DNA of 64,000 bases, from positions 22,382,001 to 22,446,000 of the forward strand of contig OX597838.1 of assembly GCA_951406725.2 (NCBI GenBank). Reading direction: 5' to 3'. This DNA comes from Octopus vulgaris. Lineage: Eukaryota. Numbering within the stretch: the stretch's first letter is position 1; each line of letters opens with the position of its first letter. Of this stretch, positions 27,584 to 40,883 are shown in pieces. Below the pieces are notes generated by a model. The model was not told where the DNA came from and did no database searches. It worked only from the letters and a program-made list of their open reading frames with translations. A program made the translations under genes and the position numbers.

Positions 27584-27699
27584 GTATGTGTGTTATATAT
27601 ATATGTATATATATATATATGTATATATATATGTATATGTATATATACATATATATGTATGTGTTATATATATATATGTATATATATATATATGTATAT

Positions 27700-27746
<47 letters not shown>

Positions 27747-27756
27747 TACACACACA

Positions 27757-27963
<207 letters not shown>

Positions 27964-28195
27964 TTCAAATAATATTGCGTTCTCTACTGTAAGTTTGGCT
28001 GCTGATAATTCGCAAGGAAATTCGCCAATTGTGCATCTATTCTCGAAACAACTTCACACCTCCTTACTTCCTTCCCGCTTGTGATCTTGCAACAATTCCA
28101 TCTTCGTGTCTAAATATATGAATTTTACAATATAACGTGATATCACTGGCTTTGCCTGCCCATACGTTTTAGTATTTATAGAAAAAGAAAAAAGG

Positions 28196-28380
28196 AAGGC
28201 GGCGAGAAGGCTGTATCGTTAGCACACACGGCTAAAATGCTTAGCGGCATTTCGTCCGCCTTTACGTTCTGAGTTCAAATGATATGAAGGTCAACTTTGT
28301 TCTTCATCCTTTCAGGGTCGATAAAATAAGTTCTAAGTGAGTACTGGTGTCGATGTAAACGACTTTAGTAGAAAGGATTA
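28196..28380 (+). mobile_element. SINE B ending in (ATT)n
   Basis: AAGGCGGCGAG head, GAAATGCTTAGCGG-like motif, GAGTTCAAAT, Nin-like core. Confidence 0.8.
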
Positions 28381-28382
28381 TT

Positions 28383-28426
<44 letters not shown>

Positions 28427-28427
<1 letters not shown>

Positions 28428-29128
28428 GAGTGAGCGAGCAGAGCACGCCATCAAAGTGACACTGGGGTAAAATATACGAAGCCCAGTATACCCATCATGA
28501 CTACCCGTCTGATAAGGGTTCACCAGGCACATGCATCACAACCATATGTGCACGACATGGTGATCTCATATCAAGATAAACAGCACATGACCTTGCAGGT
28601 GAAGCCCAGTTAGAATTTTCTTCAGATCGAGTAACCCATCCCGCTCAAAAGGTCCCTGAATAAGGGTTGTTTAAGGACGTTGAAAGAACCACCCATGTTT
28701 CCAGAGGTGAATTATTCAAACCCCCAAGAATCCTTCTCAACACATGGCTATGATGCTCCTCCACTACTTCTGCTCGTGATCAGAGATGCACATATCGTCA
28801 GCCACTAAGGGACATGCTCAACTGGTTAAGGTCAAACAACTGACAAGCAAATCTGTGGTATTGAGCAGAATATTTGCTGTAGCCGTCTTTTATACCAGGA
28901 CAAAACAATGTACATGATAACACTTCCAATCAGTTAAGATCTGAAGCCACGAGAGCCACTGCCTGGGCCCCACCTGCAAGGTCATGTGCTGTTTATCTTG
29001 ATATGAGATCACCATGTCGCACACATATGGTTGTGATGCTGGTATAAAAGACGGGTAGTCATGATGGGTATATTGGAATTTGTATATTTGTTCCCCAGTG
29101 TCACTTTGATGGCATGCACTGCTCTCTC

Positions 29129-29131
<3 letters not shown>
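28427..29131. mobile_element. Non-coding element embedded in (TAA)n with an inverted copy of its first ~170 bp
   Basis: 28427-28600 and 28970-29131 are diverged reverse complements; internal part 28749-28945 recurs inverted at 59640-59841; flanked by (TTA)n and (AAT)n. Confidence 0.75.
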
Positions 29132-29195
<64 letters not shown>

Positions 29196-29199
29196 GATG

Positions 29200-29272
<73 letters not shown>

Positions 29273-29283
29273 TAATAATGATG

Positions 29284-29319
<36 letters not shown>

Positions 29320-29545
29320 GTGGTTTCAAATTTTTACACAAGGCCAGCAATTTCGGGGGGAGGGGGCTAGTCGATTACATTGATCTCAGTGCTCAACTGG
29401 TATTTATTTTATCAACCCCGAAAGAGGATGAAAAAAAGTTGAGTCGACATCAGCGGGATTTGAACCCAGAACGTAAAGACGGACAAAATGTCGCTAAGGA
29501 TTTTGTCCGTCTACGTGCTAACGATTCTCCCAGCTCACCGCCGTA
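29320..29545 (-). mobile_element. SINE B
   Basis: Reverse complement of the head (CCAGCTCACCGCC) and the Nin-like core. Confidence 0.8.
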
Positions 29546-29849
29546 AATTTATCTACCATGTTTCTTCGTAAATCCCAGTTTGTCGCATTTTTTTTTATTT
29601 TTCTGGCCACAGAAGTGTGCGTTTAATGTATGCGTGTGTATATGTATGTGTGTGTGTGTGTGTGTGTGTTCTGACCGAGTGTGTGTGTATGAGTGTGTTT
29701 GCATGTGTGCTTTGTTTTCCAGCCTTTATCTTGTCTCCTACGTGTGCAAGCAAGGAATGCTCGAAAATCCCGTAGGTAACAGCTAGCATCTTTGTCTCCT
29801 CTGCGAGTGTATATATATATATATATGTGTGTGTGAGTGTGTGTATGCT

Positions 29850-29882
<33 letters not shown>

Positions 29883-30035
29883 ATGAGTGTACATTGGTGT
29901 GTGTGCGCATGCGTGAGAAGCTAATTAGCCATGAACATACATACACACACACATATATATACATATATACACTTGCATATATATACATATATACACTTGC
30001 ATATATATAGATATGGGTATGTATGTATATATGTT

Positions 30036-30087
<52 letters not shown>

Positions 30088-30094
30088 GAGGGAG

Positions 30095-30163
<69 letters not shown>

Positions 30164-30559
30164 TATGTGTGTGTGTGTGTGTATATGTATGTAAGTCTGT
30201 GAGTGTGTGTTGTTGAATGAGAAAGCTAGTTGCATTTGATGTCATTTTAAATGTTACTGGAAAGAAAGATCTGTGGATTTGGCAGTTGATACGTCGAGTT
30301 TGTTGCTTTGGAGCCAGGATTTCTACGCGATTGACGTAAGACCGGGTCGGTGGTGTGGCGTGACGTGGCGTGGCTAAGGTGAAGGAATGGTGAAAGGAAA
30401 TCTGTGTTATGCCAACTGTGTATGAAGCTGCGTGTAACATTTTGAAGTGGTGAGGTTATATTGTTGGGCAGATTGTGACGGTGGGTTGCAGGTAAAACGA
30501 AGAATCTTAAGATACACCGTTCAAAAAGAAACTTGCTGAGTCTAGGTGCGTTTTAACCT

Positions 30560-30770
30560 TTTACTTTTGCCTTTAACTTGTAGCAGTCATTGGACTGCGG
30601 CCATGCTGGTGCACCACCTAAAAAGGTTTAGTCGAACAAATTGATCCCAGAATTTATTCATTAATTTTTTTGTAAGTCTAGTACTTATTCTATCGGTGGC
30701 TTTTAGCGAACTGTTAAATGACGTGGATGTAAACAAACCAGCACCGGTTGTCAAGCGGCGGTCGGTGATA
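30560..30770 (-). mobile_element. SINE A 3' half
   Basis: CAGTCATTGGACTGCGGCCATGCTGGTGCACC...CAGCACCGGTTGTCAAGCGG. Confidence 0.85.
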
Positions 30771-30776
30771 AACAGA

Positions 30777-31835
30777 AAAATAGCATTCAGCCAACACATA
30801 GACATCTGTGCCAACAACAAAACTCCAAGCTTCAGGATTTTTCCCCTCTACCAATTCAAGGACGATACAACCAGGAGCCAACGAATTAGTAAAGAAACTC
30901 TCTTTATTACAAAATACAGGCCCCTTCTGAACGCGTCTACGACAAACGACATATCCACCTCGGCCTTAGAATAACACGAATAAACAAGCAAATATTACAT
31001 TCCTAAGAATCCATTTAAAAACAGCCCCAATCACTGCTATAATCCATAACGTGCCAACTGTAAGTCATTCAACACCTCACTACTTTCACTCATTCATATT
31101 CTCCCTTCTCTTTCTTCTTCACCTTCTTCTTCTACTCTACTTCTTCTTTTTCCTCTTCTTCTTCTTCTTCTTCTTCTTTTTCTTCTTCTTCTTCTTCTTC
31201 TTCTTCTTCTTCTTCTTCTTCTTCTTCATCATCATCATCATCATCATCTTCTTCTTCTTCTTCTTCTTCATCATCATCATCATCATCATCTTCTTCTTCT
31301 TCTTCTTATCTTCTTCATCATCATCATCATCTTCTTCTTCTTCTTCTTCTTATCCTTCTTCCTCTTCTCCTTCCTTCTCCTTCGTATCTTTATCACTAAT
31401 GCTTTTTAGTATAACACCTACGCAAATTCTATAAACAAAACATTCAATAGAAATATTTTCATGAATTGAACAGCAACTGCTAACCTCCACTGACCATTCA
31501 AAATACTACAATCATGGCACCCCTCAAATTCTTCGCCTTCTTCCTCCCCTTCTCCTTCTCCTCCTCCTTCTCCTTCTTCTTCCCTACCAAGAATTCACAA
31601 TGACCTCGAACCCACAACAGTAAACGAGAGAGACAGAGACAGGCAGAAACAAGGAAAATGCCACTTGTATTTGATCACTATACAAATGTTCTTTTAAAAA
31701 AACTTTTCTTTTAATTTTTCCAAAATTTAATTGTTTTTCCATACTTACAGTTGAATAAGTCTCAATGACTGAAACCGGTACTCAAATGTTTTTTTTATAA
31801 AATTATTTTAGCATTTTCTATCTTGACTTTTTTCC

Positions 31836-31836
<1 letters not shown>
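30777..31836 (+). mobile_element. Penelope-like element 3' fragment: GIY-YIG endonuclease C-terminus plus putative 3' terminal region
   Basis: KIAFSQHIDICANNKTPSFRIFPLYQFKDDTTRSQRISKETLFITKYRPLLN matches the H...F.I...R..KE..FI....P.LN end of PLE GIY-YIG domains; degenerate hammerhead-like AGUCucaauGACU-GAAACCGGUA at 31758-31780; right boundary uncertain. Confidence 0.7.
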
Positions 31837-31905
<69 letters not shown>

Positions 31906-31930
31906 ATGTATGTATGTATGTATGTGTGTA

Positions 31931-31977
<47 letters not shown>

Positions 31978-32010
31978 TGATCAAAATAAAAACATGATGC
32001 CAAGGATTCA

Positions 32011-32088
32011 GCGGTACATATGTTTCGGGCCTTTATTAGACAGATTTATAACAATGCATAATGTATGTCTGTGGCCTTCTTCAGCCGC
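32011..32088 (-). ncRNA. Minimal type I hammerhead ribozyme motif
   Basis: GCGG-CUGAAGA-aGGCC...GGCCc-GAAA-CAUAUG-UA-CCGC: perfect 4-bp stem I, intact core, palindromic stem III, GUA triplet; A-C mismatch at the base of stem II. Confidence 0.8.
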
Positions 32089-32582
32089 GCACAACAGCTT
32101 CCACAAGGACATGTGTTACATCAAAAATTCTTGGTTGGGGATGCAAATCCTCTCATTCGCGTATGTATGTATGTATGTATATATATACACGCACACACAC
32201 GTATGTACTCATACATGTACGTATGTACATCTATATACGTATGTCTTTATGTATATGTATTTATGCAAGTATATATATATGTATATGTGGATGGTCACGG
32301 TGTGTATTCGCAGTGTTTTCTATATATTAATGCACGTGCATGTGCATTTATCAACGACATGGAGTCATTTTAACAATTATGTAATTTTGGCCTGAACACG
32401 GCATCTATCTACCTTCGTGTGTGTGTGTGTGTGTGTGTACGCGCGCACACACAGGTACAAAGCACATACACGTACGCATGCGCACGTATATGCTTGATGA
32501 GATAAACGGAAAGCAGGAGACATTTTGATTATTTAATCAGATATCTATACACGGCTATGCACGTACATGTCTTGGTTTGAGC

Positions 32583-32584
<2 letters not shown>

Positions 32585-32616
<32 letters not shown>

Positions 32617-33725
32617 CTGTGTGTGTGTGTGTGTGCATGTTTACGTAAGCACGTTTTTGTTTATCTCCAACGTAACATTTGTGTATGTGTGTGTGACAGC
32701 GCACGTGTGTGTGCGTGTGTGCGTGTTTTTGTATGTGTGGGTTTGTGTATCTTCTGTGCTTGTGTGTGTGTGTGAGTGACAGCGCACGTGTGTGTGTGTG
32801 ACAGCGCACGTGTGTGAGTGTGCGCGCGTGTATGAATGTGTTTGCGTATTCATGCACGTTTATTTGATATGTAACGTTTGTATGTGTGTGTGTGCGTGTT
32901 TTTGTATGTGTGTGTGTGGGTGTGTATTTTCTGTGTGTGTGTGTGTGTGTGCATGTTTTTGTATGCGTGTGTGTGCGTGTTTGTGAGTATGCGTGTTTTT
33001 GTGCGCGCGTGTGTGTGTGTATTTTCTGTGCGTGTGTGTGTGTTCGTGTGTGCATGTTTACGTAAGCACCTTTCGTTTATCTACAAAGTAACATTTGTGT
33101 ATGTGTGTGTGACAGCGTACGTGTGTGAGCATGCATGCGTGTATGAGTGTGTGTGCATATTCATGCACGACCCTTCCGCTAATCTGTTATATAACGTTTG
33201 CGTGTGTGTGTCTGTGTGTTTGTGTGTGTGCGTGTTTTTGTATGCGTGTGTGTGTGTATTTTCTGTGCATGTGTGTGTATTTTCTGTGCGTGTGTGTGTG
33301 TGTGTATTTTCTGTGCGTGTGTGCGTGTGTGTGTATTTTCTGAGCGTTTGTGTGTGTGCATGTTTTTGTATGCGTGTGTGTGTGTATTTTCTGTGCGCGT
33401 GTGTGTGTGTGTGTGTATTTTCTGAGCGTTTGTGTGTGTGCGTGTTTTTGTATGCGTGTGTGTGTGTATTTTCTGTGCGTGTGTGTGTGTGTGTGTGAGT
33501 GTGTGTGTATTTTCTGAGCGTTTGTGTGTGTGCGTGTTTTTGTATGCGTGTGTGTGTGTATTTTCTGTGCGTGTGTGTGTGTGTATTTTCTGTGCGTGTG
33601 TGTGTGTGTGTGTGTATTTTCTGAGCGTTTGTGTGTGTGCGTGTTTTTGTATGCGTGTGTGTGTGTATTTTCTGTGCGTGTGTGTGTGTATATTTTTTGT
33701 GCGTGTGTGTGTGTGTGTGTTCTTA
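32585..33725. repeat. Compound (TG)-based minisatellite
   Basis: Recurring modules GTATTTTCTGAGCGTTT, GCGTGTTTTTGTATGCG and GTATTTTCTGTGCG between (TG)n runs. Confidence 0.85.
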
Positions 33726-34616
33726 TATACCGGCCTTTCGTCTATCTCAGCGTAGTGTTTGTTTGTCTGTAAGTGTGTGTGTGTGTGTGTGTGTGTGTGT
33801 TCGCGCGCGTATGTGTGTTTATGTACGCACCTTGCAACTATATGCAACGTAACGTTTGTGTATGTGCGTGCAAGTGTATATGTCTATGTGTGAGTGTGTG
33901 CATCTGAATGTGTTGCTGATAAATATACACGCCTGTTTGACCGTTGTGCACATACCTGGGTGAATCGATGTGCAACTGGAAAAGCCGCATGTTAATATGA
34001 TCCACGTGTTTACATTGTGCATATATATATGCATATGCACGATTGCATTGCGTGTGTGTGTATATGTGTATATGAATCAGCGCGTGTGTAGATAAATGCT
34101 TAATGCATATACATATAAGCATGTGTGTGTGCAAATGTATAAATATATATATATGTATGTATGTATGTATGTATTTGTGTATATATATATATGCATATGT
34201 ATGTATATATATATATATATGTGTGTGTGTGTGCATGTATATGTATATATGTATATGTGTATATATGGGTGTGTGGTGCCTAGCTCAACTCTGCATATAT
34301 TTGTGTATGTGTTTAAGTATGATGTATGGGTCTGTGTGCGTCTGTAGCTCTGTGTGCGTCTGTGTCTGTGTGTACGTGTGTGCGTGTGTGTATGAGTGTG
34401 TGTGTGTGTCTGTGAGTGTTTGTGTGTGGATATGTACATGAATATGTATGCGCGTGTGAATGTGGTCATGCACCTGGGTACGAGAATCTATTTAGCAATA
34501 ACCTGAGACCAATGGGGAAAAACAATCAAAGAGATTTGTGTCCGCAACGAGAGAAGGAAATATTTGCTATGGTGCCATTTAAGAACAGAGACACTGACCA
34601 ATTTGCTGGTAGCAAG

Positions 34617-35153
34617 ATATGTTTCTTTATTAGCCACACAGGGCTGAACACAAAGGGGACAAATTACAAAGTAGAGCTTTTCTTTTTGGAGAGAAAAAAA
34701 GAAAAGAAAAAGAAAAAGTAAAAAGAAAAAGTGGGGTAGGTTTTCGATCAAAGGGATCGTAAAAAGAGAGAGAAAAAAACGATCAATAGGGATCGTGTAT
34801 CACAGAAATGTCATGATGTAAAGTGTAAATGGGGAAATAAATAAGGTTTATCCGTGGAAAGAAAAGCCTACGGAAAAGACTACAGTAACCTCGGTCAATA
34901 ATGTCACATGTTAACACATTTATTTGCAAGTAAGTAACTCTCTGTTTTAAATTTTTCCGGGTTCATAGGTTCATGCTCAAGGTGGCTTCGTCATTCATAC
35001 GTGCCATCCTTGCTACATTCACCCATCTTCTTTTGAAACATTCACTTGACAAAACTTGCCTCTCTACTCTCATTTTCCCTTTTCAAGTGATACTTGAAGA
35101 AGTTGATGAGAGATTGACCTGAGAGGAAAGTGTTTGTCTCTAATCCTTTCAGA
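34617..35153 (-). mobile_element. Tx1/L1-like LINE 3' end, 5'-truncated
   Basis: Reverse complement of 17701-18212 (LKGLETNTFLSGQSLINFFKYHLK plus UTR). Confidence 0.9.
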
Positions 35154-35154
35154 T

Positions 35155-35605
35155 GTGTGTGTGTGTGTTTATGCTTGCATTTTCTCTCACCACCGCTTGA
35201 CACACGGTGCTGGTTTGCTAATGTCCACATAAATTAAGCAGTTCGGCAAAAGAGAGCCGATAGAATATTATCACGTTTTAAAAAAGAAAAAAAAACTATA
35301 AAAAAAACTGGTTCATCCGGGTGTCCCGGATGAACCAACTTCACGGCAGGAGGTGCAGATGAGGGCAGCTGCATCGAACTCTCTCATGCACCAAATGGCA
35401 GTTGCTAAAAAGCATTCGTGAGGTAAAATCATGTAGCAAACCAAATGGCGGTGCCCCAGCATGGCCACAGCTCATGAGCTGAAACTGGAAAAATCAAAAT
35501 CAAAATCAAAATCAAATACTGGTGTATCGATTTGTTCGACTAAAACCCTTCAAGGCAGTGCACCAGCATGGCCGCAGTCCAATGACTGAAACAAGCAGAA
35601 GATAA
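35155..35605 (+). mobile_element. SINE A 3' half interrupted by a LINE-like 3' fragment (35310-35517)
   Basis: SINE A motifs on both sides; insert ends GGCGGTGCCCCAGCATGGCCACAGCTCATGAGCTGAAAC plus (AAAATC)n. Confidence 0.75.
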
Positions 35606-36327
35606 ATGACATACGATAAACCAGCCTGCGTCCCTAGCGACATTCACAACCATAAAATAAATTCCACCATCTCAACGCCATCCACTGGCATTTCAAGTTT
35701 CGGTTTTCGCATTGGTTACCACGGTAACTAGGTATCTAAAGATGGATATCACATCCAGATATCATCCAATCGCTTTCTCTATTATGTCCCCAATGATATC
35801 CACCGTTCTTTTTGCATTTGTTGGCGTTCATTTCTCTGTTGTCGGCCTTGCGCATAATATGATTTGCCAATTCTCGGAATGCTATTGTTTTTATTCCGAC
35901 AGCGGTGTTGAATGAAAACTTCTCGAGAAGTAACGTCTCCTGTTGTCCACACGCCATCACCTACGTGGCTGTGAAACACAAACAGGCATACACACGTAAA
36001 TTGCATACAGATATACATACAAACATACATACGTATACATATATATACGTATGCATATACATACATACACAGATATATATATCTATACATATAAATTTGA
36101 AATCGGCGATTCTTTCTTGTCTTGCATACATATATATATGTAAATACATACATACATATATATATACATATATACACAAACACATGTATAAATAAATAAA
36201 TGGTACTCACATACATACATAATACATATATGCTTATATACATACATATAGAAATATATAATTATGTATAAATATATACATATATGTAAATGCACACATA
36301 TATATTTATAAACCCATACACACATAG

Positions 36328-36379
<52 letters not shown>

Positions 36380-37789
36380 TCTCATATGTGCATATTCATG
36401 CATATACATGCATACATAAGTACATACATGCATGGATATATATATTTATTTATAAACGCATGCATAATTGCATACATACATCTATAGATGTATACGTACA
36501 CATACATGCATACATACATAAAAACACATGCATACATGTATATACAAATACACACAACAATGCATACATGCGTATATACATACATATGTACATATATACA
36601 TACATACATGCTTGCTTGAATGCACACGTGTATGCACACATAAATACAGACATACATAACTGTGCACATAAGTACATACCAGCTTACAGACATACATAAA
36701 TACAGGCATACACACATCAAAGGAAGCATTCTTTCTTTGGTTGTGATATTCTGCCATTTTCAAAGAAAGGCACACACATTCACACGCACACAGGTACACG
36801 CTTACACATATATACATACATACATGCATGCATACATATGTGCATACATACATGGATATGTACATACATACATACATGAATACACAGACACAACCATACA
36901 TGCATATATACATACATAACCACACACACACAAGCATACATACAGACATACATGCAGACATGCAAACACACTCATATACATACATTCATGTATGTACATT
37001 CATACATACACACATTCATACATGCACACATAAATACATACATATATATATGCAAGCATGCATGTATACACATACATACATTCATATACATACATGTATA
37101 CATACATATATACATACATACGTATAAGCACATACATATATACATGATGCATATATGCATACATACATACATGTATACATACAGGCATACGTACATACAT
37201 ACATAAATGCATCCATACATATATGCATACACGTGTGTATACATGCATATACATCTGCATATATACACAGACATACACGCAGACACTTACACACAGACAC
37301 AGGCACACTGACACATACGCATAAATACATACACACATTCATACACACATATACATGCATACATACAAATAACACATACACGCATACAGACATACACTAC
37401 ATACGAATATGTAAACGCAGAGACATATACATGTGTACACACATGCCTACATACATGCATGCATACATATATGTACATACTTACACACACACATACATAT
37501 ATCATACATAAATACATACATACACACATACATATATATACATACATACATGCATACATGCATACATACATACATACATACAAACATACATACAAACATA
37601 CATACAAACATACATACATACATACATACATACATACATACATACATACATACATACATGCATGCATGCATATATGTACAAACATACATACACAAATGAT
37701 GCCACTCGCTCTTTAGAGACCCTCCATCTCCTCTTAATTAGTTTCAAATGAGTGCCACTCTTTCAAAATAAAATAATAAAATATTTTTC

Positions 37790-37819
37790 CTCTTCTTCTT
37801 CTTCTTCTTCTTCTTATTC

Positions 37820-37862
<43 letters not shown>

Positions 37863-38365
37863 CTTCTTCTCTTCTTATTCTTACTCTTATTCTTCTCTTT
37901 TTCTTCTTCTTCTTCTTCTTCTTCTTCTTCTTCTTCTTCTTCTTCTTCTCTTCTTCATTTTCTTCTTCTCTTCTTCTTCTTCTTCTCTTTTTCTTCATCT
38001 TCTTCTTATTCTTCTTCATCTTCTTCTCTTCTTCATCTTCTTATTCTTCTTCTCTTTTTCTTTTTCTTCATCTTCTTCTCTTCTACTTCATCTTCTTCAC
38101 CTTCTTCTATTCTTCTTCTCTTCTTCACCTTCTTCTTTTCTTCTTCTTTTCTTCTTCTCTTCTTCACCTTCTTCTTTTCTTCTTCTTCCTCTTCTTTTTC
38201 TTCTTCTACTTCTTCTTCTTCGTCTTCTTCGTCTTCTTCTTCATCATCATCATCATCATCATCGTCGTCGTCGACGTCTTCGTCGTCGTCGACGTCTTCG
38301 TCGTCGTCATGATCTACTTCTTCCTCTTCTTTTCTTCTTCTTCTTCGTCTTCATCATCATCATCA

Positions 38366-38398
<33 letters not shown>

Positions 38399-38437
38399 TC
38401 ATCTTCTCCTTCCTCTTCTTTTCTTCTTCTTCTTCTT

Positions 38438-38470
<33 letters not shown>
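37790..38470. repeat. (TTC)/(TCA)/(TCG)n compound microsatellite
   Basis: Direct reading. Confidence 0.95.
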
Positions 38471-39578
38471 GCTCTTGTTGTACTTGTCTAACTCTATACC
38501 AGCTCAGCGCTAATCCTGCAGATAAGAGGGTGGGATTTGGGGTAGATTTAGCTACCATTTCGAACAAATTGAACCACGTCGTGGAAACAGCTCATTCTTC
38601 GAATTTTACATATTTAATGGTATTAGAAAGGTACCTTTATTTAATTAAAGGATAAGTTAGTATAAAGAAGGTGCTGCCTACTAGTGAAACACTTGAAGGT
38701 TTTTCTATAATTATGGGAGGAGTTCAACGTTAAATCCGTTCTAGAATTTAATAAATTTAATTATGAGTTAAGTATATAAAACATTTATTTCTGGATCACA
38801 TCTAAAAATAACTGGTATTGTACTATGGAGCATTACTTACAATGGACCATTTCATTTCATAACCTATCTTTGTCCATCTTAGCTCTCTTTCTGCATTCTT
38901 TTTCCCTGATTTCAGTGAGTTCCTTGTATTATTGACAAATTCTTATTTCTCATTGGATCCACATCTGTGTGGGTTGCCTTGAATTTATGTTTGCATAAAT
39001 TTTGGACATATCAGATATCATAATCGATCCAATATGGACTGATTTGTATATCGTACCATTTGTTATATTTGAATATGTTTACGTAATAGAAACACGTGTC
39101 AGCTTTTGTATGAAGTAATCATGAATTAAAGATGACTTTTTTCTTCATAATGTTTTTATATACATATATGTGTATGTGTACTTTGTGCGTGTATATATGT
39201 ATGTATATGTATGGATACATACACCTACGCGAGCGAGTGTGTAAATGTGTGTGTGTATTGCTTCAAACCTGTGAAGAATACAGTATATATATATATATAT
39301 GTGTGTTTGTGCCTCTGCAGTCTTGCCTCACACCGCAGTTCTGTGCGTGCGTGTCTGTGCGTGCGTGTCTGTGCATGCGAGTGAGTGTACGTGTGAGTGA
39401 ATGAGTGTGTGAGAGAGAACGAGAGTGAGTGAGCGAGTGTGTGCAAGTGTATGCGTCAATGTGCGAGTGCTTAGGTATGTGCACACGTGTATACACGCAT
39501 GTGTATACATCAGTCTATCACTCTGTCTCTGTGGCTCTATGTTCCTAGTCGTGTGTGTGTGTGTGTGTCTGTGTGTCT

Positions 39579-39612
<34 letters not shown>

Positions 39613-40002
39613 CTGTGTGTGTGTGTGCGTGCGTCTTTCCAGGTTTCTCAACAAGGCGATAAATATATTCTTTCACCACAGTCAATATCAATCAAACACA
39701 AACCATATTATACCTTTCTCCTGGCAATGGTGATTCGTAAAAATGCCTAAAGAAATTAGCTGCAAAATATCTTGAAAGCTAAAACACAAACCAGTGGCTT
39801 ATTTCCCAGTCGAATATTTTTTTTTCCCCTGAATTGTTAATTTTTTTTTTTCTACATTTAAAAAAATACAACTTTGGGTATTTACTGTTTTGTATGGAAT
39901 CTATGCTATCGTTTCTTATTTGGTTAGTTCGGCAAAATATTTTTCTGCAAAACATGGCTTATATTTTGTACATTTGTATTAGTATACATAATCTATGTAT
40001 GC

Positions 40003-40046
<44 letters not shown>

Positions 40047-40198
40047 TGTGAAATAGAAAGATGAATAATCTTGTAGTAGATTAATCAAAAGTTTAACCGA
40101 TACCTTAGTAGCAAAAATCACAGCAGTAAAACAGCACGGTTGGAGGTACAACCATATGGTGTTGCAACCGTGCGTTGGTGCGGATAATTGAAATTAGA

Positions 40199-40656
40199 AC
40201 ATTATTGGTGAATTGAAGAAATGGAGCTGAACGCAGATTGAACAGAAATCGTTTTATTTCATTCTACACGTGTTTCGAAAGGCACAAATTACCAAAATCC
40301 GATGGAATAATGGGACCATATTGTGTCTTTCTCTTCAGGAAGAAAATAGGAAATCCGTTGGAGAAACAAAAACAGAACAGAGGCGGAGCAAAAACAAATC
40401 GAACTATGCTCCTAAGAGCCCATGGCGAAACTCATGGCCATGGGCTCTTAGGAGCATAGTTCGATTTGTTTTTGCTCCGCCTCTGTTCTGTTTTTGTTTC
40501 TCCAACGGATTTCTATTTTCTTCCTGAAGAGAAAGACACAATATGGTCCCATTATTCCATCGGATTTTGGGAATTTGTGCCTTTCACACGTGTAGAATGA
40601 AATAAAACGATTTCTGTTCAATCTGCGTTCAGCTCCATTTCTTCAATTCACCAATA

Positions 40657-40660
<4 letters not shown>
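40199..40660. repeat. Long near-perfect inverted repeat (~225-bp arms, 10-nt spacer) of a hammerhead-bearing element
   Basis: 40199-40426 is the reverse complement of 40437-40660 apart from about three small differences. Confidence 0.95.
40257..40346 (-). ncRNA. Minimal type I hammerhead ribozyme motif
   Basis: UUUUCUUC-CUGAAGA(40338-40332)-GAAAGaCACAA...UUGUGcCUUUC-GAAA(40276-40273)-CACGUG-UA-GAAUGAAA. Confidence 0.8.
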
Positions 40661-40737
<77 letters not shown>

Positions 40738-40834
40738 CATATAAATATATACTGTATGTATGTATATATATATATATATATTTAAATATATGTATGTCTA
40801 TAAATATATATGTATATGTTTATATATAAATACA

Positions 40835-40883
<49 letters not shown>

